Positions 13,770 through 28,429 of a stretch of DNA of 64,000 bases are shown here, one piece after another. The position numbers were made by a program, and so were the translations under genes. Each line of letters begins with the position of its first letter. Position 1 is the first letter of the stretch. The notes beneath the pieces were generated by a model. That model ran no database searches. It was given only the letters and a program-made list of their open reading frames with translations, and had not been told where the DNA came from. Location of the stretch: assembly GCA_951406725.2 (NCBI GenBank), contig OX597816.1:161634001-161698000 (forward strand), read 5' to 3'. The stretch is from Octopus vulgaris (taxonomy: Eukaryota).

Positions 13770-14412
13770 CTGCTGTCTCACTCAATAATAATAACAATAA
13801 TGATAATAATGATAATGATAATAAACATGGGTGTTTCGTTCATCATCCTTTAACAACCCTTATTCAGGGACCTTTTGTGCAAGATGGGCTACTTGAGCTG
13901 AAGAAAATTCTAATTAGGCCCCACCTACAAGGTGATGTGCTGTGTATCTTGATGTAAGATCACTACGTTGTGCACATGTGGTTGTGATGCATGTGCCTGG
14001 TGTATCCTTATCAGATGGGTAGTCATGATGGATATATTGGGCTTTGTATAATTGTACTCCAGTGTCACTTTGATGGTATGCACTGCTCTCTCACTCAATA
14101 ATAACAATGATAATAATAAACATGGGTGTTTCATTCATCATACTTTAACAACCCTTAACCCTTATTCAAGGACCTTTTGTGTGAGATGGGTTACTCAACT
14201 TGAAGAAAATTCTAACAAGGCTCCACCTGCAAGATCATGTGCTATTTATCTTGATATTAGATCACCATGTCATGCACATATAGCTGTGATGCATATGCCT
14301 GGTGTACCCTTATGGGACGAGTAGTCACCATGGGTATACTGGGCTTTATATATTTGTATCCCAGTGTCACTTTGATGGTATGCACTGCTCTCTCATTCAA
14401 TAATAATAATAA
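13770..14412. repeat. Diverged tandem duplication, about 295-bp unit x2, joined by (AAT)n
   Basis: AAACATGGGTGTTTC at about 13822 and 14118; CTCTCA.TCAATAATAA at about 13780, 14090 and 14390. Confidence 0.85.
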
Positions 14413-14939
14413 TGATTTCTAACTGTAGCAGAAGGGCATACATTTTTGGAGGGAAGAGTAATGTGAGTTATAATGATTGCAGTAGATTAAATGTTACCTT
14501 ATTTTATTGATCCTGGACAAATTAAATCAAAGTCCACTTTGATGGGATTTTAACAGAGACAGCAATGCCACTAAATATCATAACACACTGTTGCTCTACT
14601 TATTCTGCATTCTGCTGCCCTAATAATGATGAGGATGATGATGGTAATAATAATAATAATAATAACAAGAATGTTCAGAATGTGCAAACCTCTGGCAAGG
14701 CAACACCAACATCCTCTCAATGATTAGCCGGAGATGATTTTTAAAATGAGAATATCTGAAATAAACAGTTCTTGACAGGTACTTTATTGTAAAATTCCCA
14801 GAGGGAAGAAAAGTAAAGTTAACATCAGAGGGATTTTAACCCAGAACTTGAAGAACCTGAAAGATATACTGCAAATCTGATGCTTTCACAATTCTGCCAA
14901 GTTGCCACCTAGATGAGTATGATGATGATTACAACAATA

Positions 14940-15100
14940 ACCAATTCATGCAGCAAACCAAGAATGTTGAAAATAATGAATGTTGGTTGTGGCTGACAGA
15001 TGGAAACCTGAAACAAGAAGCTGAATTGTTAATTACAGTTGTGCAAGAACAAACCGTTATAACAAGCTTGATACAGACAAAAATTGGAAATAACTCAGTC
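14940..15100 (+). mobile_element. Fragment of an R4/Dong-like restriction-endonuclease-type LINE
   Basis: WLWLTDGNLKQEAELLITVVQEQ, the post-RT motif also seen near 41320-41370 on the minus strand. Confidence 0.55.
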
Positions 15101-15421
15101 AGAGAGCAAATACTGAATCTGTGGAACCTGGGGCTATAATACAAGACATTTTCCCATGGTGCCATGCAGTAGGACTGAACCTAAATCCTTGTGGTTGCAA
15201 AAAGAGCTTCTTAACCATGCAGCCATGCCTGTGCCTATTACATTGTATAGTTTGGTCCAAAATAAGCCAAAGTTGGGATGTTCATGGCTGGAATGCCTCC
15301 AATCATGTGTCTGCTTGATTGGGGGTATTAGGGAGTTAAACTCCAACAGATAGTTTGCCATATATCATTTTAAATTCTAAAAACCTCTGTTTATAGACTT
15401 TGACATTGAAGTCTTTTAAAA

Positions 15422-16735
15422 CATAGGTTCTCAAAGTGGGCACTACTGCCCCCTGGTAGATGTTGAAATGGTCTAAGTGGGCACTGGTGCCTAAGGTGAG
15501 GGTGGGGGCAGTAGAGAAAAAGGAGGCATTGGAAGGAAAGAAGTGGATTGGGGGATGCTATAAATTTATAATATCACTAGCTTTCGTGTGCGGCAGATGT
15601 ACAGGGGCAATAAACACCGCAGATGCTCAGGAAACAGATTCCATCACATGCCAGGGGGAGAAACTAGAAGTAGTTGATAGCTTCCGCTACCTAGATGACC
15701 AAGTCTGTAGTTGGGGTGGATGCTCAGAGAGTGTTACCACTAGAATAAGAATAGCCTGGGCAATGTTCAGAAAGCTCCTTCCCCTACTGGTGACAAAGGA
15801 CCTCTTGCTCAGAGTGAAAGGTAGGTTGTACGATGCATGTGTGTGAACTGTTATGCTTCACGGCAGTGAAACATGGGCTGTGACTGCTGAAGACATGTAG
15901 GCTCAAAAGAAATGAAGCTAACATGATCTGCTGGATGTGTAATGTCAGTGTGCACATGCAACAAAGTGTAAGCACCCTAAGAGAAATGTTGAAAATAAGA
16001 AGCATCAGATGTAGTGTGCAAGAGAGACGTTTGCATCAGTATGGTCATGTACTATGGATGGGGATGAGGCTGTGAAGCATGACCTTCGAACGTTGGGCCT
16101 CACAGAGGCAATGAAAAAAGACCGAGACCTCTGGAGATATGCTGTGACTGAGAAGATCCAGCAAATAAAGTGAGTTCACAGCTGTAACCTACTCAAGTGT
16201 CACATAACCAGCCCACTCAAAAGTACCTTGGATCATATGGCGACATGCTGTGCTTGAGAAAACCTTCTGAGTCAAGTACATCAAAACCAAAATCAAATGG
16301 AAATTGTAATTGTGATCCCCGTGCCAGTGGCACGTAAAAAGCACCATCCAAACATGGCCGATGCCAGCGCCGCCTTGACTGGCATCCATGTCAGTGACAC
16401 GTAAAAAGCACCCACTACACTCTTGGAGTGGTTGGCATTAAGAAGGGCATCCAGATGTAGAAACACTGCCAGTTCAGACTGGAGCCTGGTTTAGCCTCCT
16501 GGATTCCCAGACACCAGTCAAACCATCCAACCAATGCCAGCATGGAAAATGGATGTTAAACATTGATGATAATGATGATGATGATGATGATTATATTAAA
16601 TATCAAATGATTCATAGTATACATAAATTAGTAAAATATAAAATATTTATTTATACATAAAAATAGGGGTGGGGGCACTGAGGGTATTATGTGAACATGA
16701 AAGGGGCAGTGGACTAAAAAGTTTGAGAACCTCTG
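15422..16735. mobile_element. hAT-type MITE interrupted by an RTE LINE fragment
   Basis: TIR CATAGGTTCTCAAA...TTTGAGAACCTCTG. Confidence 0.55.
15578..16591 (+). mobile_element. 5'-truncated, degenerate RTE-clade LINE
   Basis: Translates LEVVDSFRYL...RIRIAWAMFRKLLPLL...KGRLYDACV*TVMLHGSETW with stops; followed by the 3' UTR and a (GAT)n tail. Confidence 0.88.
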
Positions 16736-16737
16736 TT

Positions 16738-17475
16738 TTGTGCATACACGACAGAGTGTAAGCACTCTGAAGGAAAGTTGGACTTAAGAAGCATGAGATG
16801 TGATGTGCAAGAGAGACAAATGTGCTGGTATGGTCATGTGTTGCGAATGGGTGAGGACTAGCAGTTGAAGGAACATGTGGAAGAGGTAGACCCAGGAAGA
16901 CCTGGGATGAGGTGGTGAAGCACAACCTTCGAACATTGGGCCTCACTGAGGTAATGACAAGTGACCGTGAGAAGACCCAACAAGCCAAGTGAGACCATAA
17001 CTGTGGCTTATGCCAATGCTGCATAACCAGCCCTTTTAAGAGTACCCATTCAATCATTGGATAATAAACTCTGCTTGCAAAGACCTGTAGAGGCAAGTGA
17101 GATCATCATGGCCAATGACAGTACCACTTGATTGGCACCTGTGCTAGTGGAATGTTAAAAGCACCATTCGAATGTGGTTGTTGCCAGTGCCATTGGGCTG
17201 GCTCCTGTGCAGGTGGCATGTAAAAAGCACCATTTGAGCATGGTTGATGTCAGTACTGCCTGACTGGCCCTCATGCCGCTGGTACATAAAAGCACCCACT
17301 ACACTCTTGAAGTGGTTGGCGTTAGGAAGGGCATCCAGCTGTAGAAACTTTGTCAAATCAGATTGGAGCCTGGTGCAGCCTTCTAGCTTGCCAGCCCACC
17401 GTCAAACTGTCCAACCCATGCCAGCATGGAAAGCAGATATTAAACGATGACGACGATGATGATGATGATGATGAT
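16738..17475 (+). mobile_element. Second, shorter RTE LINE 3' fragment
   Basis: Homologous to about 15950-16590; encodes a G...RGRPRKTW-type C-terminus; repeat-containing UTR; (GAT)n tail. Confidence 0.85.
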
Positions 17476-17719
17476 CACATCATTGCAATAAGTTATAAAT
17501 CCTTTAACTCAGATGCGGTAATTTAAACAAACATGTCACTTTGACTTCATCTCTGTTCTTTACCGCATTTCTAATTGGATTATCTTCGTTATTGCAATAA
17601 TCACTAACCTCAGTTTGTTTTCCTATTGTTTGCAGTATGTATGTACCAATACAATGTTTGTCTATGTGTCAATATGTTCTAGGATAATGATCTCCTCTTC
17701 CTCCTCCACCCCACCTTTA

Positions 17720-17761
<42 letters not shown>

Positions 17762-18289
17762 ATTCATTTAGTGTTTTAATTTTATATTTAGCACATTAAA
17801 CTTGTTTTTTAAACAATCTTTGTGATTTTACTTATTGTTAATATCAATTTGTTTTCAATATGGACTCATTTGCTATATCATTGGCTATATCAGCTTGGAG
17901 TGTTAACTCAGTATATCTATATATATTAGCTTGTGTTTGTATATTAATCTACATATGTTTCTGTGTTATACACCATCTATTGTTATTTTTATATTTTTCT
18001 TTCCGTGGCTCCTGGTTTAAAGTACCTAATTTATTATTATCATTATTGATATTGGTGGTAGTGTTGGTAGTAGTAGTAGTCGTAGCAGCAGCATTATTAT
18101 TGCTATTATTGTTATCATTTTTGTTTTTATTTCCTATTTTTACCAAACTTTTTATCAGAAATGCTACCTTTTCTTTTGAACACAAATGTTTGGAATGCAG
18201 GAATTAGACGTCTACATGAAAAGCTTTATGTATTCACTGCTTGGGTGACTTTCATTGCAAAGGATGTAGTAGTATATTACACTGCTTTA

Positions 18290-18324
<35 letters not shown>

Positions 18325-21300
18325 TTTTTTTTTTTTTTTTTTTTTTTTGTAGACTCTTATCTCCATCACCTTGTTCTCTTTCATCTATTTATCCAGCAAT
18401 TTCTATTTTCCATGTTAACAATCAAGTGAAAGCAAATACGAAGGAAATGATTGTCTGGCCCAACTAGTTTATTTGTGACTTCCAACAGATGCTGATTCAG
18501 CTGATGGAGGAGTGTTCAGCTAGAAAACTGTTCTAAAGAAAACAAACAATACTATAAGTAAACTGTTAAATATGCACCATATCAAAGGCAAAATGAACAA
18601 TGACAAGTTTCAAGGAAAAGACTTTCGAGACTGATTAGAAAGAAATAAACAAAAACCTCCCATTAAAATGATTGTTTGATTAATTAAGGTGAAAACTCGC
18701 TTTGGTGGAATGCTATATTTCATCTATTCAGATACCAAATTCTCTGATCTCTGTTGAAATCTGTGTTATATTGATTGATTTCAGACAGCGAAACAGCTGT
18801 AGAAGTTTTCCCATAATTTACGTTTGTTTACTCTTAATTCAATTTAATTCAAAATTAAGTCGAACAAGATTGCCATTCCCTTGCAGAACAGACAGACAAG
18901 ACTGAATTGTTTGATAGTTTAAAGTTGGCACAACCCAGTGTTAAAATCATGATAAAATTAACTTAACTTTTGGTACTTAAAACAGTTAATATTATAACTT
19001 ACCTGTTCTTTTCTTTTACTTGTTTCAGTCATTTGATTGCGGCCATGCTGGAGCACCGCCTTTAGACTTATTCTTTGTAAGCCTAGTACTTATCCTATTG
19101 GTCTCTTTTGCCGAACCGCTAAGTTGTGGGTACATAAGCACACCAACATCAGTTGTTAAGTGATGTTGGTGGGGGGAACACTGACATGCAAATATACACA
19201 CACACACACACACACACATACGATGGGCTTCTTTCAGTTTCTTATTTCTTTATTGCCCACAAGGGGCTAAACATAGAGGGGACAAACAAGAACAGACAAA
19301 GGGATTAAGTCGATTACATTGACTCCAGTGCATAACTGGTACTTAATTTATTGACCCCAAAAGGTTGAAAGGCAGAGTCTACCTCAGCAGAATTTGAACT
19401 CAGAATGTAAAGACAGCCGAAATACCGCTAACATTTCTGCCAGCTCAGTTTCTGCCTGCTATATCCACTCACAAGGCCTTGGTTAGCCCGAGGCTATAGT
19501 AGAAGACACTTGCCCAAGGTGCCATGCAGTGGGACTGAACCCGGAACCATATGGTCGGTAAGCAAGCTACTTACCGCACAGCCACTCCTGCGCCTGGCTA
19601 CTTACCCCACATCCACTCCTGTGCCTATAGTTAATTGAAATATATAAAGAAGAATAAAGCATATCTGATACACTACTCTCTTCTATATCTGGGTGACTGC
19701 AATGTTCACTACAGTAATCACTCCACTATCATGGGTGTTACGTTCCAAAACACTCGTGATAAGTGGAACTCTGTGAAGTAGAAACAGTACTGTACTAGTC
19801 TTTATTCTTTTACTTGTTTCAGTCATTTGGCTGTGGCCATACTGGAGTGCTGCCTTTAGTTGAACAAATCGACCCAGGACTTATTCTTTGTAAGTCTAGT
19901 ACTTATTCTACCAGTCTCTTTTGCTGAACCACTAGTTATGGGTATGTAAACACACCAGCATCGGTTGTCAAGCGATGTTGGACACACACACACACTGCAA
20001 AATACTATACATAGTTTTAATACTGAATTGAAAAGCAGGGGTGAATTATTCCTACCTAATCTACAAAAAAATATAACATTTTGCATTTTATGTACAGTAA
20101 TCAGAGTAACCTTCATAATTTTATTGAATTATGTGCATATTTTGCCATAAAAGGAAAATGTTGCTATCGATCTATTTTATTTGAGGTTGGCACTGCCTAG
20201 CTTGCCTACCTAGGCGGCACTTCCCTAATCAAAATGGTTAAAACAGGAAGTTTGTAACAGAGAAATATGGGTAGCCTGAGTTAGATGGTATCACAAGGAT
20301 TAATTGAATTGTATATTGAATTATTGGTTATTTTACTGTATGAACCATATGGTTCTGGGTTCAGGTGGTACCTTGGGCAAGTGTCTTCTACTATAGCCTC
20401 GGGCCGACCAAAGCCTTTTGAGTGGATTTGGTAGACGGAAACTGAGAGAAGCCCATTGTATATATGTATGTGTGTGTGGTGTGTTTGTGTTTGTCCCCCC
20501 AACATCGCTTGACAACTGATACTGGTGTGTTTACGTCCCCATAACTTAGTGGTTTACGTCCCCATTTAGCAAAAGTGACCGATAGAATAAGTACTAGGCT
20601 TACAAAGAATAAGTCCTGGTGTCGATTTGCTCGACTAAAGGTGGTGCTCCAGAATGGCCACAGTCAAATGACTGAAACAAATAAAAGAGTATATTTCTGT
20701 CCTTTCCTTTTCCTCACCAAGTTTTGTTATGGTCTTTCTTTAGGTCTTCATGGTTTGGAACAATAAGTACTAGTTTGACTAAGTAGGTTAGTATGGAACT
20801 GACAAGACAATTGATGTAGCAGTTAAATGCGTTGTAATTGCTGCTAATTCCGGTCCTTACTCGAGCAGTTACTCAATAACTTAGCCACAATAAACTTACT
20901 CTCCAAGACAGGAAAAAACTTTAGTTCTTTACAGCATTGACATTTATAGTAAGGAAATAAAAGGAAAATGAGAAAAAATGAAAATGTCATTCATTCTGAA
21001 AGAGAAAATTGAATTCAAGGAAATATGGAAATATCTAAGAACTTTATAAAATTAAATTGTTATTAGATTAAGTAATTGAGTTTTTGCTGTCAAGTCTATA
21101 GCAATGACATTGAAGATTTGTCTTTGCATTCCAAGTAACTTTAGAAAATGGTATAACACTAGGCAAAGTGTTTAGCTGATTCACCCTTCTGTAACTTCAG
21201 AACTATGTTCAAATCATACCAGATCTAACTCGATACCTGCCTTCGACTGTTTCTAAATTCTGATATGGATTATGGCTGAAACAATATCTGTTTTTTGTGA

Positions 21301-23255
21301 AGTACTGTGTAGCTGGTCTGTGTGCACTAAATTATCTGTTTAATTCATATTTATATCTGGCTTTTCAGGATAGAAATATTCCTTTTTAATGTTGAACCTA
21401 TGTACACCCACATAACATTGTGTGTGTGATGGGGGAGGGCTAAGTGCATTTATCACATCCCAACAACATGGTTTTCAGTTCACTCCCACTGTGTGGCATC
21501 TTGGGCAAGTGTATTCTATTTAGCACCAAACTGGCCAAGGCCTTGTGAGTAGATTTGCTAGACAGAAAGTGAAAGTAGCTCATCGTGTGTGTGTGTGTGT
21601 GTGTCTGTTTGTGCCTCCCTGTCTTGACATCACATGGCAGTTGTAAACAAGTGCTACCCTCATGCAAGTGATGTCATTCATTTTCAGTCTTCCATGAAAA
21701 ACATGTCTCACCATGGGAAAATATTGCCTTGCTTGGAAACAGGTGAAGGTTGGTAATAGTAAGAGCATCCAGCTCTAGAAAACCTGCCTCAAATTCTATC
21801 TAATACATGCAAGCTTAGAATGTACATGTTGAAATATATATTATTTCTCTGCATATTTGCATGTATGTACAAACGTATCTTAGTGTTTATGTTTACATAT
21901 TTTTTCCAACTACTATTATAATTGGGGATTACCATCTGCAAATTATAAATTTTAATCATATCTTAATAATTAAAAGAATACTCGATCTGAAGTTATTTCA
22001 TCTATTACTGATCTGCAAAAAAAAAAAAAGAGAGAAAAACAGAGAAAAATTATGTTAGTATTACTCAGCCTAGCTGAGAGATCTTTCTTTAAATGCACCT
22101 GCTGCTTAGGAATAATCAACCAAACTTAGAAACAGAAGGATTTAAATGATTTCATCTGAAGCTGAATCTACACACTACAGCTTATCTTTAGAGAGCATTG
22201 CTAATTTTTTCTTTCATAATGTCTCTTATATTTCATGTGTATAATTAGAGAAAGAAATTATTTTTAAATGCCAGAAAGTTATTCCAACAAATCCACAGTA
22301 TGGTTCTAAAAAAAGCATCTTTCTAAACATGTTTTGACATTTTCTTAAATTTGATTTTTTAAAAGTAGTTTTTTTTTCCTTTTTAATTTGATTTGGTCAT
22401 TTTTAGTTTATTTCTAAAATAATGAATAAATTAAGAATTTTGGACTTGTGGAGATTGTTTTCATAACACCAATTCTTTTAAAGGTTGAGCGACATAAAAA
22501 TAAATTGAATGTTTGTGTGTGTGTGTTCTGTGTGTGTGTAAGGAAAACTCCCCTTGACATATTTAACCATAATTTGAATCTAAGGACTTCACTTAGTACA
22601 CTTGGTGTAGTTGTATCTATCAAAAATTGATAGAAACTACCTTCAACGTTATGGATCTTATAAAAAAAAAAAAACAATTGAAACTTCTAATGATGCATAA
22701 ACATTTAGAAATTCATATAGCCCTGACCATTTGTCATTCAACAAGATGGCCAAATTGATGGAATACCTTTGAGACAGGTTAATAGTTTGCATGCAGTAAC
22801 ATTTTCACTATGGTGTATCAGTGGTCGGAATATTTAGCTCTGTTGCCAACTCTAGATTATTTTTTTAAATATCAGGGTTGACTGTTTGGTAAGAAGCTTG
22901 CTTCCCAATCACATGGTTCTGGGTTCCAGAACTATATGGCACTTTGGACAAGTGTCTCCTACTATAACCCCCAGACCAACAAAAGCCTTGTGAGTGGATT
23001 TGGTGGATGTAAACTGAAATAACCTGCTGTATATATAAACCTGGAATTTTGGGGATAGGGTCTAGTCAATTACATCAACCCCAAAGGGGTAAAAGGTAAA
23101 GTTGACCTTGGTGGAATTTGAACTCAGAAACAATTTACAATAATAATGCAATGTAAGATAATGAAAAAAAGCCAGGTGAATTAAGCAGCAGAAATGTTAA
23201 TGGAGAAAAATTATACATTTTCATTTTCATTTCTTTTCTCTTTTTTTATTTGCAG

Positions 23256-23359
23256 CTGGTATTTTGGAAAAGTGAGTCGGAATGCTTCTGAAGAATGGCT
23301 TCTACATCCTGGTCTTCAGAAAGGCTCTTTTCTTATTCGCCAAGGAGAGGCTCTTCCAG
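23256..23359 (+). CDS. SH2 exon 1: WYFGKVSRNASEEWLLHPGLQKGSFLIRQGEALP
   Basis: Pyrimidine tract + tgcag acceptor; cag|gtaact donor; WYFG start and FLIR (FLVR) motif; 104 nt. Confidence 0.95.
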
Positions 23360-26346
23360 GTAACTAATTTGTTGTCAATTCTCTGTACCTTATCTGAGTT
23401 TGTAATTGTTTGTTTCCCAGCTATTTCAAGAATCTCCATCTAATTGTGGAATTTCAAATTAGTTTCCATAATAGAATTGTGTGTTTTGGTGCATGATTGG
23501 CTCATTTCATGAATTCTAATCTTATTGATCTAAGGTTAAATTTGTCTTTAAGATTTCTACATGTATTTTACCAGTTTTGTATGAGAAATGTTTGAGCTAA
23601 AAATTACTTTAATTTAAGACATTTCATTAAAATAATCACTCAGTTTAATTATACATTGTGAACCTCAGCCAAGTATTCTAGTATTGTCGAAATATAATAG
23701 TAGAGTTGTCTTTTGTATTTCATTTGTCTCAGTCGTTGCACTGTGGCGATTTTATTGAATAAATTTACTCTTTAGTATTGCAGGATAATTTTGGTAAATA
23801 TATCTGTTAAAATGAGATGCCAGTGTTATTTTCATTTTTGTGTAATTTAGACAACAATTTATTCACCGCACCCTGTCAGTAAAATATTGGGATATTTAGT
23901 AAAATATTGGTACCTCAAATTGGCCACAATTGTGTGGCTAAGAATAAGACAGAATTGCTACCTCTTTTAATGATGAAGACATTATTTGATCCAATAAAGA
24001 ATGTATTTTATGCTGTGTCATTGTCATCATCATCACCAGTTTTAATGTCCAATTTTCCTTGCTTGTATGGGTTAGATGAAATTCATCAAATCAAATTTTC
24101 TACAGCTGGATGTTCTTGTCATCAATTCTCATCTATTTCCAAATAAAGGTCATAATATTTCCTCTAGTCCAATCCTTTACCAGACTTGTTTTCATGAAGA
24201 GATAGGAAACAGACACCACTTGTATAACAGTGAGGTTTGTTTACAATTTACACACAATGTCATGGCAAAGTGGCAGACGCCATCAAGTGATGGTTGTGGT
24301 TGTAAACAAGTGTCACCATGACACAAGCAGTGTTATTCATGAAAACCATACCTGTCCATGGGGGAAATATCACCTTGCTTGGAAACAGGTGAGGCTTGAC
24401 ACTGCATCTGTGACAGGAAGAACATCTGGCAATGAAAAATCTGCCTCATTGAATTCCATGTGACCATCCATGGAAATATTGTATATGAAAACAAAAACAA
24501 CGATGACAACGATGATGATCATGAAGATGATTATGACATAGTTCAGTGGGTAGAGCATCGGGCTCACAATCATGAGGTAGTGAGTTCCACTCCCGAACAG
24601 GGCTGTGTGTTGTGTTCTTGAGCAAGACACTTTATTTCATGTTGCTCCAGTTCACTCAGCTATAGAAATGAATTGAGACATCACTGGTACCAAGCTGTAT
24701 CTGCCTTTGCCTTTCCCTTGGATAACATTGAATGCACGAAGAGGGGAGGTTTGTATCCATGGGCGATTGCTGGTCTTCTGTAAACAATCTCATTTCTTTA
24801 TTACCCACAAGGGGTTAAACATAGAGGGGATGAACAAGGACAGACAAAGGGGTTAAGTTGATTACATTGGCCCGGGTGCATAGCTTGTGCTTAATTTATC
24901 GACCCCGAAAGGATGAAAGGCAAAGTCTACCTCGGCAGAATTTGATTTCAGAACATAATAGCAGACGAAATGTCGCTAAGCATTTCGCCCAGTGTGGTAA
25001 CGATTCTGTCAGCTCTCCACCTTCCATAAACAATCTTGCCCAGACTTGTGCCTCAGAGGGTAACTTTCTAGGTGCAATCTTATGGTCACTCGTGACTGAA
25101 GAGGATCTTTAACCCTATTTTTAATTATGGTTATGATGTTGATTATGATTAGTGGTGATGATGATGAGGACAAGGAAGAGAGAAATCTTTTTTATTTAGT
25201 GCCAACCAATTTCTAGGAATATTTTCAAGTTAACGGAATTAATTAAAAAAAAAAAAGTAGTAAAATGCCTCAACAAAAAAAAAGAGAAAAATAAAAATGG
25301 TTAAAAAAAGTATTGCTAGCAGTATGTTAAATGGTATGAAACCACAGAACTTTATGTTGAAAAATGTGTAAGAGACACCAGTGTGTGTGTGTGTGTGTGT
25401 GTGAAGATATTTCCCAACAATTTACACAGCAAAGTACAATAACCTTTACTCTGGATCCATTCAACTCACACTGTACCCATGTCATCAAATGTTAATATAT
25501 TATTTCTCTTTTAATACTGATGATGATGATGATACCGCCACTCTCTTTCTATCTTTTATGTTTGTATTCTTCCTACCACCACCACCACCACCACCACCAC
25601 CATTACTACTACTTGTGATCTCCTGGTTGTAACTATGGGTGCAACATATAAAACTGACTCTCACAATTATTATTGCAATGTATTGTCAGCAGTCGCTGAC
25701 AGCAGGTAATGGTAAAATTGGGACACTTTGCGCATCCTGTTGTTAGCTTTTCCCCTTGTCACTAATGATTATTTATACAAACACTCACACACACACACAC
25801 ACACACACATGTGCACACTCACATACATATATTTAAATACATATATACATACACACAACATACATCCAATACATGTACATACACATATACATGTCTACAC
25901 CTACATACACTTATATATGTACATTCATGCGTACATGCCTCCGCATACATGCACACACATACACACACACCCAGAGGCACTCACACTCAGGCAAGATAGT
26001 CTCCGTTCTAATGACACTGATAGTCTCCGCATACACAAATTGTTTTTTCTGACTTCCTTTCAACATATGAAAATCTACCAGTTATATACAAACAACAATA
26101 AACATGTTGCTTTTTTTCATGTTTTTTTTTGAAAATTCACATTTGCACATCACAAATGCACACATACACACACACACACACCATGGATTTCCTTTGTTTC
26201 ACCCTTTAGCTTTTTAGACTGAGCCATATCCAGCCTCTCATATCTACCCTGCAATATTCTTTTCTACTTTAGGCACAAGCTCCAAAATTTTGCGAGAGGG
26301 GGCCCAGTCGATTAGACTAATCCCCAGTATGCAACTCGTTACTTAA

Positions 26347-26566
26347 CCCTTTCATTACTGTATTTATTTTGAGATGCTCTGTGTTTCTTTCAATTACTTT
26401 AAATATAACAAAGAATTTAGTAAAATAACTTAGTTATCATTCAGCTGGTGTTAGGAATATAAATTGTGACTAAGGTTTGGGGGAAGATTTTAATTCAGAA
26501 CTTTTGAAAACAAGACATTTATACTGAGAGCCAGAGCCGGTTTCAGCCGGGTTGGTAACGAAAGGG
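26347..26566 (+). mobile_element. piggyBac-type MITE family 1 inserted in a SINE
   Basis: TTAA|CCCTTTCATTAC...GTAACGAAAGGG|TTAA; removing it restores the SINE motif found intact elsewhere as ggtacTTAAtttatc. Confidence 0.9.
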
Positions 26567-27764
26567 TTAAATTATCAACCCCAAAAGGATGAAAGACAAA
26601 GTTGACCTCGGCGGAATTTGAACTCAGAACATACAGACAGACAAAATGCCGCTAAGCATTTCACCTTGTGTGCTAATGCTTCTGCCAGCTCGCCACCTTT
26701 AATATTCTTTTCTTCTCTTGGCACAAGGCCCAAAATTTTTGGTGAGGGGCCAGTCGATTAGATGAACCCCAGTGTGCAACTGGTACTTAATTTATCGAAC
26801 CCAAAAGGATGAAAGGCAAAGTAGACTTCGGTGGAATTTGAACTCAGAATGTAAAGATGGACGAACCTACCCTGCAATATTATTCTAAAAATAAAATAAA
26901 CAATCTCATCATTGACATCAAAACTCTACCAGATAATGCTCCCATACCAGTGGCACTTAGAAAGCACCATTCAAGCATTGTCAATGCCAGTAACGCCTGA
27001 GTGGCCCTCTTGCTGGTGGCACATAAAAAGCACACACTACACTCTCGGAGTGGTTAGCGTTAGGAAGGGCATCCAGCTGTAGAAACTTTGCCACATTGGA
27101 TTCGTGCCCGGTGTAGGCTTCTGGCTTGCCAGCCCTCAGTCAAACCGTCCAACCCATGTCAGCATGGAAAGTGGACATTAAATGATAATGATGATATATA
27201 TATCTTCGGTCTGACATTAGCAATGCTGGCCTTTCTATGACACCCTCTTCTCCTGCTCGACAATGTCACATTAGATTCCAGTAACCTTTTCCTTCAGTAA
27301 TAGATTAGTTATTCATTTTCTTATTAAAGGTATCTTCCATCCTCGTTACTGCCACCACTACAAACACCATCAACAACACCACCACCACCAACACCAACAA
27401 TAACAACAACACCATCATCATCATCATTGTCGTTAGCAACACCACTACTATGACCATCACCAACACCACCAACATCATCATCACCTCCATCATCGTTGTC
27501 ATCTAGTCTTTAATGATGAAGTCTTACTCATCCATTTTATGCGTAAGATTCATTGGATGATATAACTTTGATGTAATCCACCCCAGCTGCTGTTTGTGTG
27601 TGTGTATGTGTGTATCTATATATATCTATGTGTATATATATATGTGTGTGTGTGTGTATGTGTGTATCTATATATATCTATGTGTATATATATATATATG
27701 TGTGTGTGTATATATATGTGTGTGTATATATCCAACCCATGCTAGCATGGAAAACGGACGCTAA

Positions 27765-27800
<36 letters not shown>

Positions 27801-28394
27801 TATGTGTATATGTATGTATATGTATATATATATATATATATAGAGTTGAAGAAAGATTAGAGATCTATGTATGTGTATATGTGTGTGTGTAGTAGGAGGC
27901 CAGAACCAAAGAAGAGAGAGAGGGAGAGCATCTGTCTTATTTCGAAAGCTCAATATCAATTTACAGCTGTGTTCCATTCATTTTTGCTGTGGAAGGAGAT
28001 GGTACTGAGACATTAGCTCTCAGACCTAATTTAAAGTTGGTAACCACCTATAATGGTTTGCTATAAAGTCCATTCCATTAATGAGAGAAGGTCATCGGTA
28101 GAGGGCAATGACCTAAAAGTGGTGCAATGCCCTCACCAAACATCTTCATCAAGAGATTTATAAAAAAGAAAGAAAAAATGAAATAAATAAAATTCTAATA
28201 ATAATGTTGAAATTGAATTAAATGCTCTGATAGAGAGGTTTATTAAGGAATTTTAATTTTTTTTTTTTCCTAAGCTTTGCAAAATCTGAGAAAGTATAAA
28301 AAAAAATTTCAGAAGACGGAGAGAAGGAGAAATGGAGAAAGAAAAAAAAAAGAGCCAAAGAGAGCAGGTGGGAGAGAAAGAGAGAGTAGTAAGG

Positions 28395-28429
<35 letters not shown>

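Noticed and set aside
18694-18750. NSLWWNA as a possible SH3 WW motif
   Set aside because: No downstream G..P.NYV, an early stop, and no fitting splice sites.
19731-19781. ATG GGT start as a possible myristoylated N-terminus (MGVTFQN...)
   Set aside because: In-frame stop after 16 codons and no convincing phase-2 donor.
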